From: a virus
Taxonomy: Duplodnaviria; Caudoviricetes
Length of the DNA: 30,832 nucleotides
Direction: 5' to 3' (one strand)
Virus record (IMG/VR): IMGVR_UViG_3300020045_008164
Span: 1-30,832 of that record
The notes under the pieces were generated by a model. The model searched no databases. It was not told where the DNA came from and worked only from the letters and a program-made list of their open reading frames with translations. Below are positions 25,950 through 30,832 of the stretch, piece after piece; the stretch's first letter is position 1, and each line of letters starts with the position of its first letter. The position numbers and the translations under genes are program-made.

Positions 25950-28370
25950 TTAGATAAAGCCAGCCGGTTTGCCGTGGTTGGGATCGCAGTCTCCCCACGA
26001 GGCTCCGTAGACTCCTTCGTAGGGGATGGTGATGGGAAGTCCCGCGATGATGAGTGGAGTGTCCATGTATTGCCGCAATTTTCGCACAGCCCACTCAGTT
26101 CGATCAATCGGGAATTGTCCATTGATCGCATCGTGCACTTGATGAAGAGGTTCGATGATGAGCGTTCCATCTGCGGTTCGATTTTCATTGTCGGACCACA
26201 ACGCAAGCATCGCACAATTCGTTGCATAGGTCGTGTTTGCCTGAGGCTCGTGGGAGTAGGCAGCCTGTATGGTTCTAATATCGTTGGGCCGACCAAAGAA
26301 GCGTCGGGTGTGTCCACTAGCGGCGACGAGAGTTTGGGTGGTCCGTAACTGTGATTTGATCCACTCTTGCCACGCATTGACTCCGGGATATCGTGTTGCA
26401 TAAAGTCGTTGAAGTTGTTTACAAGTTGATTCTGCTACGATGATAGTCTGTCCAAGATATTTGAAACCGTCTTTCAGAATCTGCCCACTCATCGTGCGTG
26501 CGCCGAGTCCGTAGTTGGTGCCATGCTGTACACGTTTGCACGCAAAGTAAAGCCACTCGGTGTCACCGTTGCCGATGTTCTTACCAAGTTCTTTTATTTT
26601 ATCCCTGTCCCAAGTATTAACGATAGCTCCATGTTCGTGCATGAGCGCGATGATCTTTGCTGGTTTGAGCCCGAAATTGTAATCGTCAAGCATCGTCCGA
26701 TCACCGAGCCGAGCGCAGTGAGCCGCCACGGTCCAACCGTCTGCACCAGAAAGGTCGATCTGAAAGTAGTGGTAACCTTCATCAGCGCGATACAGTTTCC
26801 GGAGCTTCTTAGTAATTGTTTGCAGGTTTGTTCCTGTTCCAAGTTGACTGGTTGAACAACTAACCCGTCCGGTGTCTGTACCAACGACATTATAACTACA
26901 CCGGATTCTTGTATCGCTATCAGGCTTAACGACAGTGAACACTCGAATTTTGTCAAGCTTGCGGAAGGCGAGAATATCCTGCAAGACTGGTGACGAATGA
27001 GTCTTTTGAATGTTAAGGATCGCGTCAACGCCGGTGGAAAGTCCGCCTTTTTTACCTTCTTTTTCTTTTCCATATTGGCGAGGGAGTTTAAGTTGGTTGT
27101 AAAGAAGGTCGACAAGTTGCTTGGGTGAATTGATATTGATTGGTTTACCTGCGACCATGTTGATTCGGTCGTTGATCATGCGCAGTCCCTGTTCGGCACG
27201 GAGACTAATCTCTTTCGCGGTGTCAGGGTCATACTTAGTGCCGCGCAATTCCATGTAAAGCATGACGTTAAGCATCGCCATATTCATCTGGAAGTGTTCG
27301 AGGGATGCACCGGAGAGTGCCTGACGATGCCGCTCGTAGATGGCATAGGTTACTGCGGAGTCCGTGCAGCAATAACGGAGATGCACTTGCCAGTCCTTGT
27401 CCTTGCGCTCTTGTTTGTATGCAGGGAAGTCAGTCCAGATGGATGCTTGAACGCCGAGACGTTTGGGTAGTTCAGGATAAATCTCCCAACCGGAAAGCAT
27501 GGTGTCCCAATGCACGTTACGGATGAGAGCACCAATGTGGTAGGAGAGGGCGAAGTTATCATAGAGAGAGTTTTGCAGCACCTTCTTGATGTCGGTATCC
27601 CGGTTGACTTCGGTCACCATCTTCAAGACTTTGAACAGGTCAGAGTCTTTCATATGAATGAAGTCAATTGCGAATGCATATTCGGATGAGGTAGCATACG
27701 ACATGCAAGTCACATTCTTCACATCACCCTCAATGTCAAGAGAGACGGTGGGCTTGATGAGTTGCAGATGCCGGAGCCGCTCGCAGACATCGTTGGGTGT
27801 CAGGTTGGTCTCGTAGTTTTGGACAGGTGGAGTGTAATGTGGGAACTCCCCTTGCTTGCGTGCCTTAGCGAAGTCGAGTCGGATGAGCGGAACAAAGTCC
27901 CATTGCCGCAGGGCTTCTGATGGATGATAGGTGCACAGACACTTACGACCATAGAATGGGGAGCCCTCGAGCTTGCATACAAAGAACGTGCCACGTGCCT
28001 CCGTGGTGTTGAGATGATGCATTCCTGCCGCCGCCATCGCAGTAGCGCCAAGGAGAACGCAGAGATTAGGATCATACTGGAGAATGTCGTTTGCTAGTTG
28101 TGCGCGAGAGGCAGAGAGTTCGAGTCCGTTCTGTTGGAATTGTTTGAGGTATCCGTTAGGCGGGCGGTAGTTAGAGATGTTGGCGAGAAGGACTGAATCG
28201 GGGTGGATTGAGGAGTTTGATAGAAGGTTACGGAGGATGTGTCCAGCTTGCCCAATGAATGGCTCGGCGAATTGTTCATCTTCGGCGGATGGGAAGTCTC
28301 CGATAAAGGCGATTCGATGGGAAGCTGGGACGGTGGGGAAACGATTGGGGACGAGTTTCAAGCGTTCCAT
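25950..28370 (-). CDS. Family A DNA polymerase with N-terminal uracil-DNA-glycosylase-like (family 4-like) and 3'-5' exonuclease domains
   Basis: UDG-like: IAFIGDFP, PFIGQAG, YRPP, VLLG, TYHPS. Exonuclease: SLDIEG, QNSLYD, DTM, YCCTDS. PolA: TDTGRVS, NLQTI, motif A IDLSGAD, motif B KRVQHGTNYG, EPQAN, motif C QVHDAI. ATG 28370 preferred to GTG 28391. Confidence 0.92.
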   Translation of the reverse strand: MERLKLVPNRFPTVPASHRIAFIGDFPSAEDEQFAEPFIGQAGHILRNLLSNSSIHPDSVLLANISNYRPPNGYLKQFQQNGLELSASRAQLANDILQYDPNLCVLLGATAMAAAGMHHLNTTEARGTFFVCKLEGSPFYGRKCLCTYHPSEALRQWDFVPLIRLDFAKARKQGEFPHYTPPVQNYETNLTPNDVCERLRHLQLIKPTVSLDIEGDVKNVTCMSYATSSEYAFAIDFIHMKDSDLFKVLKMVTEVNRDTDIKKVLQNSLYDNFALSYHIGALIRNVHWDTMLSGWEIYPELPKRLGVQASIWTDFPAYKQERKDKDWQVHLRYCCTDSAVTYAIYERHRQALSGASLEHFQMNMAMLNVMLYMELRGTKYDPDTAKEISLRAEQGLRMINDRINMVAGKPININSPKQLVDLLYNQLKLPRQYGKEKEGKKGGLSTGVDAILNIQKTHSSPVLQDILAFRKLDKIRVFTVVKPDSDTRIRCSYNVVGTDTGRVSCSTSQLGTGTNLQTITKKLRKLYRADEGYHYFQIDLSGADGWTVAAHCARLGDRTMLDDYNFGLKPAKIIALMHEHGAIVNTWDRDKIKELGKNIGNGDTEWLYFACKRVQHGTNYGLGARTMSGQILKDGFKYLGQTIIVAESTCKQLQRLYATRYPGVNAWQEWIKSQLRTTQTLVAASGHTRRFFGRPNDIRTIQAAYSHEPQANTTYATNCAMLALWSDNENRTADGTLIIEPLHQVHDAINGQFPIDRTEWAVRKLRQYMDTPLIIAGLPITIPYEGVYGASWGDCDPNHGKPAGFI

Positions 28371-28576
28371 CCTTTCTCTTTGAGCAGCCACAGTGGGATT
28401 ACCGCTGTGGCTTTTTTGGTTTTGATATTGTAAGTGGAGAAGTGAATCTGAGACTTAGGGAACCAAGCACAAGCATCTTCGTCCGTGCAATCGAGTTTAT
28501 CGGATGCAAGGTCGCGGAGATAGTAGGCTTTGTTAGTCTCAAGTTTGACTTCGACAGAAACGGATTCAGTTTCCAT
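28358..28576 (-). CDS. Small phage protein (ETxKA...WFPKSQI...IPxWL type)
   Basis: 72 aa, LETNKAYYL...AWFPKSQI...IPLWLLKEKG, a pattern I recall from small phage proteins of unknown function. Confidence 0.75.
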   Translation of the reverse strand: METESVSVEVKLETNKAYYLRDLASDKLDCTDEDACAWFPKSQIHFSTYNIKTKKATAVIPLWLLKEKGWNA

Positions 28577-29162
28577 ATTGCGCAACTGAGGTTGGTGGTT
28601 TACCTTCCAGCGCGAGGTGCAGTTCACGCGTCATTCGGATATCATAGAGGGCGTCATGCGCTTCGGCGTTGTCCCAGATGAGACCCATCGCGGTGCAAAC
28701 CGTGCCGAGTTTGAAGTCGAGCATCTGATGGCGGATAGAGCGGAGATGCTGTCCTGCACGGATCATGAGACAGTCAACTGGATTCCACATGTAAGAGCCG
28801 TAGTAGTTGTCGCCACGACGACGGAAGAGATCACGGAGGCGATCGTCGTCGAATTTGGCGTTATATGCGGTGAAGTGGAATTTGTCAGTCTTATTGTATT
28901 TGGAGACGAACTGGCCGAGGGTATTAGTGAACTCACGGAAGAATTCAATTTCGGGCTGGCTACGTTGCATGACTTCAAGGGACTTACCTGAAACTGCAAG
29001 TGCCTTGTCGTCGATACGACACTTTGCATCCGGACAAATCTCCCAAGTCTTTTCTAGTTCAACGACGCCGTTAATGTCGACGATCAGTGCGAGCTGGTGA
29101 ATACCGCTGTCCCAGTTGAGTCCAGTGGTTTCTGTATCAATGAATGCGCGTTTAATGTCCAT
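28566..29162 (-). CDS. DEDDh 3'-5' exonuclease (DnaQ-like)
   Basis: ExoI FIDTETTG, ExoII AYNAKFD, ExoIII AHDALYD; ATG 29162 has an A/C-rich leader. Confidence 0.92.
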   Translation of the reverse strand: MDIKRAFIDTETTGLNWDSGIHQLALIVDINGVVELEKTWEICPDAKCRIDDKALAVSGKSLEVMQRSQPEIEFFREFTNTLGQFVSKYNKTDKFHFTAYNAKFDDDRLRDLFRRRGDNYYGSYMWNPVDCLMIRAGQHLRSIRHQMLDFKLGTVCTAMGLIWDNAEAHDALYDIRMTRELHLALEGKPPTSVAQYGN

Positions 29163-29346
29163 AGTCGTTGTTGATTTTATGTTCGAGGAATTGTTGAATG
29201 TGACGAGGCAGGTCTTCAAGGCACTCAACGTCAGCGAGCAGCATGCCCGATGAGGCACGCCAGATGACACGAGTCACTAGACCAGCTTTGATTGTAATCT
29301 GGAATAGGTCGTCGTTGTGCACGAAGTTGAGTGAAGCGGAAGTCAT
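29152..29346 (-). CDS. Small hypothetical protein
   Basis: 64 aa, overlaps the methyltransferase stop (ATGA) and the exonuclease start. Confidence 0.6.
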   Translation of the reverse strand: MTSASLNFVHNDDLFQITIKAGLVTRVIWRASSGMLLADVECLEDLPRHIQQFLEHKINNDYGH

Positions 29347-30832
29347 GAGATTGAGACAGAGTTACCTGCGATTTCTTTGATGGTATCCGAGAGGATGGTG
29401 ATGCCTTTGTTGTAGTGAATGCTTTCAAGTTCCACCGCTTTAGGGATACGTCCGAGGTTGATGCACGCACGAGGGCAAGACATTTGTCCTGCATACGGGT
29501 CAGCGATGGTGTCACCTTGACGAGAGACAGCTTGGATTAGATGTGCCCAGACCGCGTAAGGTTTCGCGAATGGGTTGGAGTAGAGTTTGCGATCGACTGA
29601 CCCATCCGCGACGATGACGTTATCGGGACCAGTTAGTTGAAGTGTAGCGGTGCCTTTTCTGCACACAATAGCATGTTCCACTTTGTTGGTGAAGTTGGTT
29701 CCGGGTGCAAGGTTTTTGCACTGGTGAGTCTTGACCCAAACGATTGGGTGATTCTGCACGGAGAATCCGGCTTTTCGTGCCAGCGTTTTGAGTAGATCGA
29801 TATGCTCAATGTCGATCCAGAAGATGCAGTATCCACGGTCTTTGAGAACCCGATAGAACTGTCGAAGCATCTCGGGGAACATAGCGAGATTATCGGAGCG
29901 ATCGTGAGTAGCTTCAATCTCCCGTGCGTTTGCCAAGTGTTCTTCGGTGATCTCGATTCCATATGGAGGATCGGTAATGATGTGGTCGACGCAGGCGTCA
30001 GGCCATGAAGGCATGATTTCTTTGACGGAATCTCCGAGCGTGCACCATTCGGATAGTGGGAAGTCTGTTCGTCCATTGAAGAAGGTAGTTGTGCCTATTG
30101 GAGTGGTAGCAGGCGATTGGGATAGGAAATCAATATCACCATTAATGAGTGCATCAAGTTCGTCAGAGTTACCTACGACCTGCATGCCAGTGCCGGGCGG
30201 AGTGGGCGAGACGTTGAGGGATGGCTGAGCGGTGGGCTTGTTTTTGGTGAGGATTCGTTTAGAGAGGAAGGCGTCGACTTCTTGCTCTTTGCGTGCGAGA
30301 AGAAGGGAGTATGCGTTGTTGAGGGAGGTGCATGCGGCGAGTTCAACGTCGTTCTCAATGAGTTTGTCAGCGACAACGAGGGCGTGGGTGACATGCGCTG
30401 CGGACTTGTTGAAGAGTCGACCGGTTTGTTTTGTGCCCCATGATTGGTCGAGCTTGATGTTGGCGGCTTTATGGTGGAGGTGAGCCTTGCGGATCAAGAG
30501 ACATTCCTCAGTCCATGACATGTCCTTGCGCTGGATGTTTTCTTCCAGTTCCATTTCGATGAGAGTTCCTCGGTCCTTGATGTCATGGCGAAGGGTGATG
30601 GGAATGTGAGAAGGGTTGAGAGACTGCATTGCAAGAGTGCGACGTCCTCCGGTGACAAGTCGGTAGCGTTTCCCGTCTTCAGGGGGATCGAGTGGGACGG
30701 CAAGCGGGGCCTGCATGAGGCCATAGAGTTTGATGGATGCAGCCATGCCTTCGAGGTCGCCGTAGTCAGCACGTCCACGACCTTCGAGATCGAGTTCAGA
30801 GAAGAGTGCATAGGTGCAGCCTTTAGGATGTT
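29343..30832 (-). CDS. ParB/Srx-like N-terminal domain fused to a beta-class N6-A/N4-C DNA methyltransferase (5' end outside the window)
   Basis: Frame is open to the window edge (…RGRADYGDLEGMAASIKLYGLMQ). ParB motifs YRLVTGGRR and ELEENIQRKDMSW; MTase motif IV IITDPPYG precedes IVWVK, FAKP and motif I ADPYAG. Confidence 0.85.
   Translation of the reverse strand, partial: HPKGCTYALFSELDLEGRGRADYGDLEGMAASIKLYGLMQAPLAVPLDPPEDGKRYRLVTGGRRTLAMQSLNPSHIPITLRHDIKDRGTLIEMELEENIQRKDMSWTEECLLIRKAHLHHKAANIKLDQSWGTKQTGRLFNKSAAHVTHALVVADKLIENDVELAACTSLNNAYSLLLARKEQEVDAFLSKRILTKNKPTAQPSLNVSPTPPGTGMQVVGNSDELDALINGDIDFLSQSPATTPIGTTTFFNGRTDFPLSEWCTLGDSVKEIMPSWPDACVDHIITDPPYGIEITEEHLANAREIEATHDRSDNLAMFPEMLRQFYRVLKDRGYCIFWIDIEHIDLLKTLARKAGFSVQNHPIVWVKTHQCKNLAPGTNFTNKVEHAIVCRKGTATLQLTGPDNVIVADGSVDRKLYSNPFAKPYAVWAHLIQAVSRQGDTIADPYAGQMSCPRACINLGRIPKAVELESIHYNKGITILSDTIKEIAGNSVSIS

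Larger units (their letters stand above)
1..30832. mobile_element. Tailed bacteriophage genome segment (podovirus-like); no host genes, integrase or att site seen
   Basis: TerL-portal-scaffold-MCP-adaptor-ejection genes with no tape measure or sheath; convergent replication arm. Confidence 0.93.

Noticed and set aside
25832-26401. 189-aa alternative-frame ORF over the polymerase 3' end
   Set aside because: S/P/R-rich off-frame translation overlapping conserved motif C; no independent support.
1-30832. CRISPR array, tRNA, diversity-generating retroelement, intron/intein, integrase or stop-codon reassignment
   Set aside because: No repeat-spacer array, cloverleaf, reverse transcriptase or interrupted core gene was seen by eye, and genes tile densely under the standard code. 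Short RNAs could have been missed.

Overview
This window is a ~31 kb segment of a tailed dsDNA phage genome with podovirus-like organisation. The + strand arm (1-23261) carries virion genes: a truncated SGNH-like protein, a probable small terminase, a GC-rich receptor-binding block (LamG-like protein and beta-helix tailspike), a lysis cassette, TerL, portal, scaffold, major capsid protein, adaptor/tail genes, Q-rich ejection proteins and a 2501-aa polyvalent ejection protein with zincin and ART-like domains. The convergent - strand arm (23077-30832) carries replication genes: ParB-DNA methyltransferase fusion, DEDDh exonuclease, UDG-like/exonuclease/PolA fusion, ATP-dependent ligase and a DUF3987-like NTPase. 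The most unusual observations are (1) a PolA with several simultaneous substitutions in the dNTP-binding site, (2) two hairpins with unrelated stems but a shared loop motif (ATGGGTTTCG) bracketing the lysis cassette, (3) a putative injected ART-like/metallopeptidase effector, and (4) A/C-rich leaders without Shine-Dalgarno motifs. All calls come from motif recognition by eye; no database searches were run.
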